Shown: positions 8,904 through 17,410 of the stretch, piece after piece | Layout: each line of letters begins with the position of its first letter | Numbering within the stretch: the stretch's first letter is position 1 | Source of the DNA: Planctomycetaceae bacterium | GTDB lineage: Bacteria > Planctomycetota > Planctomycetia > Pirellulales > UBA1268 | DNA: 64,000 nucleotides | Assembly: GCA_011523305.1 (NCBI GenBank) | Contig: WTHB01000010.1 | Location: 20,526 to 84,525 of the forward strand | Direction of reading: 5' to 3' | Translations under genes and position numbers: made by a program | The notes under the pieces: generated by a model | What the model was told of the DNA's origin: nothing | Databases searched by the model: none | The model's input: only the letters and a program-made list of their open reading frames with translations

Positions 8904-11256
8904 GTTCCACGATCGTGTCGAGAAAGGTCTCGTCGTGGAAGCTGCTCTTGGTGAGGTAGCGGGTGGCCCCGGCTTCCAGACCACGCAGCCGGTCCTCTTC
9001 ACGATCCTTGTACGAGACAATCACGACGGGGACGCCGCTTCGCTGGGCGTCGGTCTTGATCAGCGTCACCAGGCCGATGCCATCCATGCGGGGCATGTCG
9101 ATGTCACTGACCACGAGGTCATACGGTGTGCCCCGGAAGGCGTTCCAGCCGTCCATGCCGTCGACGGCAATATCGACCTGATACCCACGGGCCTGCAGCA
9201 ATTGCCGCTCCAACTCCCGAACGGTGATTGAGTCATCGACGACCAGGATGCGTTTGACGCGGCTGCTGGCGAGTTCTTCGCGAGCGGCATCGATGGGGGA
9301 AAGCCCGCGGCCGGTCAGCAGGCTATCAATGGACCGGACGAGATCTTCGACGTCGATGATCAGCACGGGGTCGCCATTTTCCAGCAGCGAGGCGCTGTTG
9401 ATGTCGGGTACTTTTCCGAGTCGGGGGTCGAGCGGGCGAACCTCAAGGTCCCGCTCGCCGAGGAAGGCATCGACCACCATGCCAAATCGTTGGCCGCGGT
9501 CGCTGACGACGACCACCGGGAAGGGGTCAATCTCATGGCCGGCCTGCGGCACATCGAGGACGTCCCGGGCGTGGACCAGGCCGATGGCGGTGCCGTCGTG
9601 GTCAACGTATTCCCGTCCTTCAACCGAGGCCAGTTGCTCACGGCGACAGGTGAGAATCTGGTCGATGCGTGTCAGCGGGAAGGCGTACGGTTCGCCGCCG
9701 ATATCGACCAGCAGCGCTCGGATGACAGACATAGTGATCGGTAACTGCAGTGTGAAGCGGGTCTGGTGGCCCGGCTGGGTCGTGACGCGAACACTGCCTC
9801 CGACCCCCTTGATCATGGTCTGCACCACGTCGAGGCCGACGCCACGTCCGGAGATTTCGGTGACCGAATTCCGCGTCGAGAACCCGGGCAGAAAGAGAAA
9901 CTCGAGCAGTTCGGCTTCGGAGAGGCGGCTGGCGACAACCGGAGTGACGAGGTTTCTTTCAAGGATGCGTTGCCGGAGCTTTTCGACATCGATCCCCCGC
10001 CCGTCATCGCTGATCACAAGGGTCAGGCTGCCAGCCCGGTGGCCAGCTTCAAGGGTGATCCTGCCGGTTTCCGGCTTGCCTGCCGCCAGCCGCTCGGTGG
10101 GTGATTCCATGCCATGGTCGAGGGCGTTGCGGAGGAGATGTGAAAGAGGTGCCTCCAGCTTGTCGAGAATGTCCCGGTCAACGCCGGTCTGGTCACCCAG
10201 CACGTCGAACCGCACCTGCTTGCCGAGTTGACGGGAGAGATCACGTATCATCCGGGGGAATCCCTGGATGCCATCGGCGAGCGGCCGCATGCGGCTGAAG
10301 ATCACCTCGCGATGGAGGCGTTCGGAGAGGTCCTCGTTGCGGCGGGCGAATCCTTCGAAGGCTTCAATCAGTTGGGTCAACCCGTCCAGCCCGCTGCCAG
10401 CCCGCTGCCGCAGACTCTCCACGGCAGTCAGCTGAGAAGCTGACGCAGACGCGTTGCTCGCCCGGAGGGCATCCTCCACGGCAAGCACGGCGTCGCAGAG
10501 GTCGGTCTGCTGACTGCGGATTGCCAGCAACGAGTCGACAAAGGGACGCAACTGTCGGGCTTCCACCAACGACTCACCGGCCAGACCGACGAGCCGGGAG
10601 AGGCTGCCGGCGGCAACTCGAACCACGCGGTCTTCCTCGTCGGCTTCTGATTGCGGCGTGCTGCGGGCAGCTGGCGTCGCCTGCGCGGGCGTGGCTGAGG
10701 AGGGCGTGGCTGGAGCGTCGGCGGTCGGCGACTGCGGCTCTGGCGACGCGGTGGGGGGCGGCGGCTGCACTGGCACGGGGGCTGCAGGTTCTTCGTCATC
10801 AGCAGCATGAACTGACTTCTCGGGCTGGGGCGTGGCCGGGGGCGTGGCTTCTGTGGCTGGTTGTGAGGGCGTCACGCCAGGAGCTGGTGCTCCGGTCAGT
10901 ACTGCCTGCAGATCGGTGACGAGGCTGTCTGCGCGGGAGGCCCAGTCGCCGGAATCGGCGTCGTCAGCGCTGGCAATGCCGCTCAGCACATCGACGCCGG
11001 CCAGCAGGAGGTCAGCATGCGCAGCCTCCATCACCAGGCGACCATCACCGGCAGCGATGAAGACATCCTCAAGGGCATGGGCCACCCGAACCGCGCCATC
11101 GAGACCAACAATGCGGGCAGCGCCTTTCAATGAGTGGGCCGCTCGCATCAGCGATTCGATCGTTTCCGCAGAAACCTCATGCTGTTCGATCGAGAGGATC
11201 CCCTGCGAAAGGATCTCGGTCTGGCTTTCGGCTTCCAGCCGAAAGAGTTCAAGCAT
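8881..11256 (-). CDS. cheA: Hybrid CheA-like histidine kinase with C-terminal receiver (Hpt - Pro/Ala/Thr linker - dimerisation - HATPase - CheW - REC), WspE-like
   Basis: Hpt (SLMRAAHSLKGAARIVGL); HATPase N/G boxes (HLLRNALDHG, DDGRGID, GRGVGLDVV); CheW-like domain (PYAFPLTRID); REC (ILVVDDSITVRELE, DLVVSDIDMPRMDG, SYK). Start trimmed to the Met at 11256 (MLELFRLEAE). A GTG at 11283 is an alternative. The longer ORF to 11676 overlaps the upstream cheW gene. Confidence 0.9.
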   Translation of the reverse strand: MLELFRLEAESQTEILSQGILSIEQHEVSAETIESLMRAAHSLKGAARIVGLDGAVRVAHALEDVFIAAGDGRLVMEAAHADLLLAGVDVLSGIASADDADSGDWASRADSLVTDLQAVLTGAPAPGVTPSQPATEATPPATPQPEKSVHAADDEEPAAPVPVQPPPPTASPEPQSPTADAPATPSSATPAQATPAARSTPQSEADEEDRVVRVAAGSLSRLVGLAGESLVEARQLRPFVDSLLAIRSQQTDLCDAVLAVEDALRASNASASASQLTAVESLRQRAGSGLDGLTQLIEAFEGFARRNEDLSERLHREVIFSRMRPLADGIQGFPRMIRDLSRQLGKQVRFDVLGDQTGVDRDILDKLEAPLSHLLRNALDHGMESPTERLAAGKPETGRITLEAGHRAGSLTLVISDDGRGIDVEKLRQRILERNLVTPVVASRLSEAELLEFLFLPGFSTRNSVTEISGRGVGLDVVQTMIKGVGGSVRVTTQPGHQTRFTLQLPITMSVIRALLVDIGGEPYAFPLTRIDQILTCRREQLASVEGREYVDHDGTAIGLVHARDVLDVPQAGHEIDPFPVVVVSDRGQRFGMVVDAFLGERDLEVRPLDPRLGKVPDINSASLLENGDPVLIIDVEDLVRSIDSLLTGRGLSPIDAAREELASSRVKRILVVDDSITVRELERQLLQARGYQVDIAVDGMDGWNAFRGTPYDLVVSDIDMPRMDGIGLVTLIKTDAQRSGVPVVIVSYKDREEDRLRGLEAGATRYLTKSSFHDETFLDTIVELIGEPTD

Positions 11257-11317
11257 CGAAAAGCCGCTGAGATCGTCGGTCACGGAAGGCCTCGCTGCCC
11301 GGTGGGGCGGGACGGGT

Positions 11318-12091
11318 TCACTGAGGGATCTGGTCGTGGATGCCGGTGAAGATCCGCTCAGCCGAAAGCAGGCTGACGGTCTGGTCGTGCCAGGAGAACA
11401 ACGCAGAGGAGAACCGTTGGCCGGGTTTCCCGAGTGTTGCGGGGACGTCGCGAAGATCGTCATCGGGAACGCGGTGTACACCAGCAACTTCATCGACAGC
11501 GAAGGCCCAACGCCGGGTAACACGGCCGTCGGTATGGGCCGCAACCAGCAGTCGCGCTGAGGCCAGAATGGCCGCATCGTCGGCAGTCTGGAAACTGCCG
11601 CGGGAAGGCAACGCCTCGACAGGTGGCTGGTTGGATTCAGGGAGCGGAAGGCCGAGCAGCCCGTGCAAGGAACCACAGAGAAGCAGTTGCCCGCGAATAT
11701 TGACCATGCCTCGCAGCACGGCGTTGCTGCGGTGCGGGATGCGGTGGATTCGTCGCAGTGGCGTCACTTCAGTGAGGACGTCGGCGGCCAGCGCAAACCA
11801 TTCATTGCCCAGCCGGAAGATCAGCGTGCTGAGACCCTCACCGCTGGCACGATCGGTCGGCTGGTCGAGGACTGCTCGCCACTCGTCAAGGTAGCCAGCC
11901 GGTGCCGTCCGATTGAAAAACTGTTCGGCCGCTCCGGCCATCACCGGGCAGTTGCGGCAGTGGATGTAAGTCGCCAATTCGGGGCAACTGCGATCTCCAC
12001 CAACGCCAATCTGCTGCCAGCAGTCAGCCGGACGTTCAGCCTGTCCTTCAGCCTGGGCTGGCCGGATGGCATGGGAGTGAAAATCGTTCAT
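11318..12091 (-). CDS. cheW: CheW-like coupling protein with N-terminal four-Cys motif (WspD-like)
   Basis: From the Met at 12091: MNDFHSH...DCWQQIGVGGDRSCPELATYIHCRNCPV, then a CheW domain (LIFRLGNEWFALAADVLTEV...RGMVNIRGQLL...FAVDEVAGV). The upstream part of the 451-aa ORF overlaps cheR and was trimmed. Confidence 0.85.
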   Translation of the reverse strand: MNDFHSHAIRPAQAEGQAERPADCWQQIGVGGDRSCPELATYIHCRNCPVMAGAAEQFFNRTAPAGYLDEWRAVLDQPTDRASGEGLSTLIFRLGNEWFALAADVLTEVTPLRRIHRIPHRSNAVLRGMVNIRGQLLLCGSLHGLLGLPLPESNQPPVEALPSRGSFQTADDAAILASARLLVAAHTDGRVTRRWAFAVDEVAGVHRVPDDDLRDVPATLGKPGQRFSSALFSWHDQTVSLLSAERIFTGIHDQIPQ

Positions 12092-12104
12092 AAGCCTGGG
12101 GCGT

Positions 12105-13451
12105 TCACGAGCCTGAGGAGTGGGTGGCGGCTGCGGCGGCACTTCGACGATACCTTCGCTCCAGGGCGGTGTCACCTCGGCGGCCCGCTGCCAGGGCCAG
12201 GGCCAGCAGGGCGGCTTCGTTGCGGGGCTCGAGGTAGACCACCTTTTCAAGCAGGCGTTCCGCCTCGTCGCAGTGGCCCAGCGACTGCTCGAGCATGGCC
12301 GCCAGGAACAGCACAGCGGGCTGGGGGCCGTCCTGCTCGAGGGATCGCTGGCAGGAGGCAATCGCCCCCTCGATGTCGCCGCTGTTGGCCAGTTGCTCAG
12401 CGACAGCCACGGGGCTGGAGGGAGACGGCTCAGGTTTTTTTGGGGGAACGGCACCGGCTGGCGGTGGTGGCGGGACGGACCGGAGGCGGACGTCCGAAGA
12501 AGGTGTCGGCTGCAGCGCAGGGTGGCGGGTGGTGGTGGACCGTGGCGGCCGGGTCGGTGTTCCCTGCTTGGGTGCCGGGGAGTCGGCTGCAGATGCAGTC
12601 CGGCGGCCGAAGGCCAGCGGGCCGCTTGGCTGCCAGCGGGACGTCGGCATGATGACCGCCTCGGCCGCGCCAACGATTACCTCGCCGTTCTCGGCCAGAA
12701 TGCGGCCAAGCGTTTCGTCGATCTGCTTCCGGGCGGTGGCCGTCAGGTAGATCATCAGGTTGCGGCAACAGATCAGATCAAATGCACCGCCGGCTTCATT
12801 GAGCAGCCGGCCTGAGGCGTCGGAGCCGAGCAGGTTGATTTCAAGGAACCGCACTTGCTTGGCGATGCGATTGTCAACTTTCCACCCAGTTGGCGTTGCC
12901 GTGAACCAGCGTGACTGCACGTCGCCGACAGTGGCCCGGAAGGCATTTTCTCGATAGACGCCCCGCAGGCCGCTGGTGATGGCGGCAGCACTGATGTCGG
13001 CAGCGATGATCTCGAATCGCTCGGCTGGCACCCCGGCGTCAAGCAGCGTTAACGCAAGGGAGTAGGCCTCCTCGCCCGCAGCGCAGGGGGCCGACAGGAG
13101 CCGAACCTGCTGCGGCGGCTGTCGCAATTGTCTCCGGACGACCGCGACCACATGGTCAAAAATGCGCGGTTCGCGGAGGAACCAGCTCTCGGAGACAACG
13201 ACCGCTTCAATCAGGTGCTGCTGAAACGTTGGATGGGCGAGCAGAGTCTCAAGAGAGGCAGCTCCTTCTGTCGCCGCCATTGTCTTCGTGGCGGTTCGGA
13301 TCGCCCGGACGATGGTGCCGGTGCCGACCCGTTCGGCATCGAGTCCGATCACCGTGCTGAGCGCCTGGGCGATGCGATCAATGGTTGCAGCCGCCAGCGG
13401 TATGTCGTCGCCACACAAAGCGGTGTGGGCATCGCGATGACGACTTTTCAT
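12105..13451 (-). CDS. cheR: CheR-type MCP methyltransferase with Pro-rich linker and C-terminal TPR domain (WspC/FrzF-like)
   Basis: SAM-MTase core (LLSAPCAAGEEAYSLA, IIAADIS, FDLICCRNLMIYL) followed by C-terminal TPR-like helices (GDIEGAIASCQRSLEQDG...HCDEAERLLEKVVYLEPRNEAALLALA). Confidence 0.9.
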   Translation of the reverse strand: MKSRHRDAHTALCGDDIPLAAATIDRIAQALSTVIGLDAERVGTGTIVRAIRTATKTMAATEGAASLETLLAHPTFQQHLIEAVVVSESWFLREPRIFDHVVAVVRRQLRQPPQQVRLLSAPCAAGEEAYSLALTLLDAGVPAERFEIIAADISAAAITSGLRGVYRENAFRATVGDVQSRWFTATPTGWKVDNRIAKQVRFLEINLLGSDASGRLLNEAGGAFDLICCRNLMIYLTATARKQIDETLGRILAENGEVIVGAAEAVIMPTSRWQPSGPLAFGRRTASAADSPAPKQGTPTRPPRSTTTRHPALQPTPSSDVRLRSVPPPPPAGAVPPKKPEPSPSSPVAVAEQLANSGDIEGAIASCQRSLEQDGPQPAVLFLAAMLEQSLGHCDEAERLLEKVVYLEPRNEAALLALALAAGRRGDTALERRYRRSAAAAATHSSGS

Positions 13452-13455
13452 TGGC

Positions 13456-13950
13456 TCAGGCTGTGGCTTCCGAGGTGGGGTCTGGGAGCGGCTGGCCTGC
13501 CAGCCCCAACAACGCCGTCAATTCAGCATCGGGAAGAATTCCGTCGACGTTGATGAGTTGGGCGGTTTCCAGGCTGGCAGAACTGGTTGCAAGATCAATC
13601 ACGGGGCCGAGGAAGCCGTCTGTTTCTGAGGGTGTCGCAGCGGTCGTGACAGCCGTGGCAATGCCGACCACATCTTCGGCGACGAGGCCCAGCAGGGCGG
13701 GGTGGCCAGCCGGGGTGGCCAGCCGCACGATGATCGTCCGCGTTCCCAGTCGGTCACGGCAGCGGACCTCGCTGATGAGCTGGCTCAGATCGAGGGCGGG
13801 CAGCATGCGGCCGCGATATCGAATCAGTCCCCGCACTTCGTTGGACTGCTTCGGGAGCGGGCGGGCAGCGATCAGGGGGAGCACCTCGACCACCCGTGGG
13901 GTTTCGATGCCATACCGTCGGCCGGCGGCGGTAAAGGTCAGCAGTTGCAT
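13456..13950 (-). CDS. cheW: CheW coupling protein (WspB-like)
   Basis: 164 aa. MQLLTFTAAGRRYGIETPRVVEVLP...VRGLIRYRGRMLPALDL...LVAEDV is a typical CheW fold pattern. 4-nt gap to cheR. Confidence 0.85.
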   Translation of the reverse strand: MQLLTFTAAGRRYGIETPRVVEVLPLIAARPLPKQSNEVRGLIRYRGRMLPALDLSQLISEVRCRDRLGTRTIIVRLATPAGHPALLGLVAEDVVGIATAVTTAATPSETDGFLGPVIDLATSSASLETAQLINVDGILPDAELTALLGLAGQPLPDPTSEATA

Positions 13951-14075
13951 GAGGAAGCTTCCGCGGGGGACCGAAACACACCCCTATTGTGCCCAGATCA
14001 GAGGGCGACAAGAAACCCCGGCGAAAAATGCCAGATGAGCCGGGTCCGAAAACGGCCCCGTTTTGCCCACCGCTA

Positions 14076-14933
14076 TCAGCCAGCTTTCGCCCGTGGTCCA
14101 CGTTTTGTGTCGTCGTCGGCCACTCGCAGGCGGAGGGTGGCGGCTGTCGAGGGCGGTCCTCGACGTTCCTGGACAAAGCCACGGCGGCCGCCTGCCAGGA
14201 AGGTGTAGAGGTGGGCGGCAAGACCGCTGGGAAACTCAACCCGCAGGGCCTCCAGGACTTCTGACCAGGTGAGTCCACGCCGGTAGATCACTCGATAAGC
14301 TGACTTCAACGCGGTGATTTCTTCTGTCGCAAACCCGGCCCGACGCAGGCCAACGGAGTTCAGGCCGACAACACTGCCGGTCTGTCCGTCAATCAGCATG
14401 AATGGAGGCACATCCTGGACGACGCGGGCGTGTCCGCCAATCATCGAAAACCGACCAATGCGGCAGAACTGGTGAATCGCAACGGCTCCAGAGATGAACG
14501 CGCGGTCTTCAATGTCGACGTGTCCGCCTACAAGGGCGGCGTTGGCAAGGATGCAGTGGTTGCCTAGATGCGCGTCGTGGCCGAGGTGGGCGGCGGCCAT
14601 CAGGTAGTTGTGGTCACCGACCACGGTCTGGCTTTCAGGCTTGAGGGCTCGATGGATAGTCACGCCTTCGCGGAACACGTTGTGGTCACCAATGGCGACT
14701 TCACCCACTGCTTCGGGTCGGGCCACGTGTTGTGGCTGTCCGCCGATCACAGCGTGTTCGCAGACTTCATTGTGGCAGCCCATCCGAACGCCCGTTTTGA
14801 TCACCGCACCACTGGCGACGGTGCAGTAATCCCCCAGCGCCACCCCGGGTTCGATTGACGCAAATGCGGCAACGGTGACGCCAATGCCGAGCGTGGCGTC
14901 CGGACTCACTGAGGCCAGGGGATGAATGCTCAC
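14076..14933 (-). CDS. lpxA: Acyl-ACP--UDP-N-acetylglucosamine O-acyltransferase
   Basis: Left-handed beta-helix hexapeptide repeats from IHPLASVSPDATLG onward. The C-terminal helical domain is GLNSVGLRRAGFATEEITALKSAYRVIY. Confidence 0.9.
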   Translation of the reverse strand: MSIHPLASVSPDATLGIGVTVAAFASIEPGVALGDYCTVASGAVIKTGVRMGCHNEVCEHAVIGGQPQHVARPEAVGEVAIGDHNVFREGVTIHRALKPESQTVVGDHNYLMAAAHLGHDAHLGNHCILANAALVGGHVDIEDRAFISGAVAIHQFCRIGRFSMIGGHARVVQDVPPFMLIDGQTGSVVGLNSVGLRRAGFATEEITALKSAYRVIYRRGLTWSEVLEALRVEFPSGLAAHLYTFLAGGRRGFVQERRGPPSTAATLRLRVADDDTKRGPRAKAG

Positions 14934-15199
14934 AGGATGCCTGCGTTGAGAAAAAGTGAGAGGGTTGCAACGGATGTGCCGCCCGCGGTTTATCGGTATC
15001 GAGGGGCGTCGAATTCAATGCCATTTTTCACCAGGCTGGAAAGCCCCTGAAGACTGCCTGCCTTGCCTAGGCTGCGTCCCTCGGGTGGTTCGCCGGCATT
15101 CCCTCGGGACAGATGGCAGCCGCACGCTACACTGGAGTTGTCGTGACAACGCCGGGCTGCTGGCGGCACGCTCCCCGCTTCCTGGAAAGAAGTTAATCG

Positions 15200-15511
15200 A
15201 TGGCAAACCGTGAAGAGGCCTATGCGGCCGCTGAAAAGCTCAAGGATGAGGGGAATCTGGACGAAGCGGTGGCCGCTCTTGATGCCGTCGTTGGCGAACA
15301 CCCTGATTTCGCGCTGGCCCATTCCGCATTGTCGGCCTGGTGCACTCGCCTCCAGCGACACGAAAAGGCGGTTGAGCATGCCCGGCGAGTCTGTGAACTC
15401 CAGCCGAATGACCCGTTCAGCTTCACGGCCTTGAGCGTGGCCTGCATGAGGGCGGGCATGATTGCCGAGGCCGAGGATGCGCTGGGCCGTTCCCGGATGA
15501 TGACGGGCTGA
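15200..15511 (+). CDS. Small TPR-repeat protein (103 aa)
   Basis: Two to three TPR-like helix pairs (AEKLKDEGNLDEAVAALDAVVGEHPDFALAH..., EKAVEHARRVCELQPNDPFSF...). Confidence 0.65.
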   Translation: MANREEAYAAAEKLKDEGNLDEAVAALDAVVGEHPDFALAHSALSAWCTRLQRHEKAVEHARRVCELQPNDPFSFTALSVACMRAGMIAEAEDALGRSRMMTG

Positions 15512-15564
15512 GCCGCAGCAAGCCGCAGAGACAAGCCGTCGGGCGAGCCCTGCGTGGAAATGAG

Positions 15565-15646
<82 letters not shown>

Positions 15647-15717
15647 AGAGACGGCCGAAGCCATCCAGTATGCTTTTTAGTCTATCGCGTCCGTGCGGTG
15701 GCGGGGCGGCCACCTCC

Positions 15718-17274
15718 TCAGCGTTCTCTCAGAAAACGATCGAGATTACCGGTGCCGGCCGAGCGGGGTGGCCAACTGGCGATCAGCCACTGACGCAAGA
15801 CGGTGTCTGGTGCCGGACTCGCAGCGATTCCCGACGGTGTCAGGGCCGGGAAATTCGCAGCATTCCGCCGGTCGGGGTGGGTGACTCGAGTGGTGCGAAT
15901 CTCAAGCGACACGACCGCCTCAGTGGCCGGGTGTCGTCGGTTCCAGTCGGCGACGAGGCCAGCGGCGACGCTGGAACGGAGCGGTGCCAAGCGTTCTTTG
16001 GGCAGTTCCCAGAACAGTTTGTGCCAGCGATGGTTCGGGAGCGACCAGAATCCGCCGGGAGGCCGAACCCCAACAAAAGCGCGGCCGCCACGGAGGAGGT
16101 CAACCGTGCGGCCGTCAGCCAGCAGGGCCTCGCCGGTGACCCACTGCTCAAGCGGCCCAACATCCCCGAACATGGCCCACGATTGCTGGAGGCACAGCAG
16201 GTTGACTGGGACCTCAAGCCAGCGAGGCAAGGTCTGTCTCGGCCGCCAGAGCGTTCCAAGCAAGGCGACCCCTGCCACGAGCAGGGCGACGACGAGGACG
16301 GCCTGCCGGCATCGAAACAGCCAGCCCGCTGCTGATGACGCTGATACTGCTGCCGGCCTTTGGGCACGTTTTGGGGGGCTGTCGCCCACCAGCCGTGGCC
16401 AGAGGGGAATCCAGGCAAGCATGCCGACAGGAGCGAACAGGCCGACTGTCATGGTGCCCCAGATGCCGAGGTGAAACAGCATGAAACAACTGGCCAGCAG
16501 GCGGCGTAGCGGTCGGCTGTCACAGCACCAGTAGGCGAGCGGTCCGATGAGTTCCAGGGCGAGTGTGCCCCAGGTCAGCCCCTTTGCTACCCAACCGTTG
16601 GCGACAAGGGTAGCCCCAAAGGGGGTGCCGTGATCGTGCAGGGAGAGCGCGTAACCAGCGGCCGTGCCAGCCAGCCAGGTCCCCTGGAGTTTGGCGAGAC
16701 CGGCAGCCGAGTAGACGAGCAGAACCTGCATAACAAAGGCTGCTGAGGCCAGCGATAGGACGGTGCTCGGCGGATGCCTCTGGCGGTGAGGGGCCGCGGT
16801 TCGTCGCCATGCATCAATCGACAAGTGGTCAGCGAGGGGCAGAAACATACTCCAGAAGAGCAGGCAACTCAGCCAATAGTCACCAGCGTTGAGAGCGGGT
16901 GCTGTGCGACGAAGCAGACTGACCCAGGCAACCCAGGCCAGCACCGAGGCCACCCGGGTAAACCAGCCCGCTGCCAGCAGGCAGCCAGCCAATGCTTCAA
17001 GGCCGAGGACGAGGGTCTGCCACGAGAATTGCGGACTGAGAAACGACAGCGACCAACAGCCGGGCCCGAGGAAGTCGCGGATCTTGGCCAGCGGGAACAT
17101 CCCCTCAGGGGCCATGAACAGCCAGCAGTCACGGCTCCGTAGCCCGGCGTCGGCCACCAGCAGGCAGCCGGCGGCGATTCGAAACACCGCTAGGGTGGCG
17201 GTGTCGAGCTGACTGGCCGACTGGAGTGGCCGCCAGAGTCGGCGGGCGAGTGAAAGGAGGCGTGACAGGGGCAC
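15718..17274 (-). CDS. HTTM-domain (vitamin K-dependent gamma-carboxylase-like) polytopic membrane protein
   Basis: The N-terminal LAVFRIAAGCLLVADAGLR...LLAAGWFTRVASVLAWVAW...NAGDYWLSCLLFWSMFLP matches the HTTM pattern as I know it, followed by further TM helices. The ORF track ATG at 17412 runs to the lpd start, so I prefer the GTG at 17274 (VPLSRLLSLARRLW). The start is uncertain. Confidence 0.65.
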   Translation of the reverse strand: MPLSRLLSLARRLWRPLQSASQLDTATLAVFRIAAGCLLVADAGLRSRDCWLFMAPEGMFPLAKIRDFLGPGCWSLSFLSPQFSWQTLVLGLEALAGCLLAAGWFTRVASVLAWVAWVSLLRRTAPALNAGDYWLSCLLFWSMFLPLADHLSIDAWRRTAAPHRQRHPPSTVLSLASAAFVMQVLLVYSAAGLAKLQGTWLAGTAAGYALSLHDHGTPFGATLVANGWVAKGLTWGTLALELIGPLAYWCCDSRPLRRLLASCFMLFHLGIWGTMTVGLFAPVGMLAWIPLWPRLVGDSPPKRAQRPAAVSASSAAGWLFRCRQAVLVVALLVAGVALLGTLWRPRQTLPRWLEVPVNLLCLQQSWAMFGDVGPLEQWVTGEALLADGRTVDLLRGGRAFVGVRPPGGFWSLPNHRWHKLFWELPKERLAPLRSSVAAGLVADWNRRHPATEAVVSLEIRTTRVTHPDRRNAANFPALTPSGIAASPAPDTVLRQWLIASWPPRSAGTGNLDRFLRER

Positions 17275-17410
17275 AGCACCGGTATTTCGGGGTGTTTCTT
17301 GAATGAATCTGGGTGCGAAACTACAACAACTTCGGTGTTTCGGGCGATCCCAAGCCCGGCTCGCCCCCTCCGTCAATGGAACCAGACAGCCAGAACAGGA
17401 GATCCTATTC

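Noticed and set aside
11257-11676. N-terminal extension of the CheA ORF. The same applies to the extensions 12092..12673 (CheW), 5624..6040 (PIG-L), 53319..53480 (HdeD), 35617..35850, 48333..48683 and 17303..17410.
   Set aside because: These upstream stretches overlap well-supported neighbouring genes or have Arg/Pro/Ser-rich non-protein composition. Conserved domains or signal peptides begin at internal Met codons, so the calls were trimmed.
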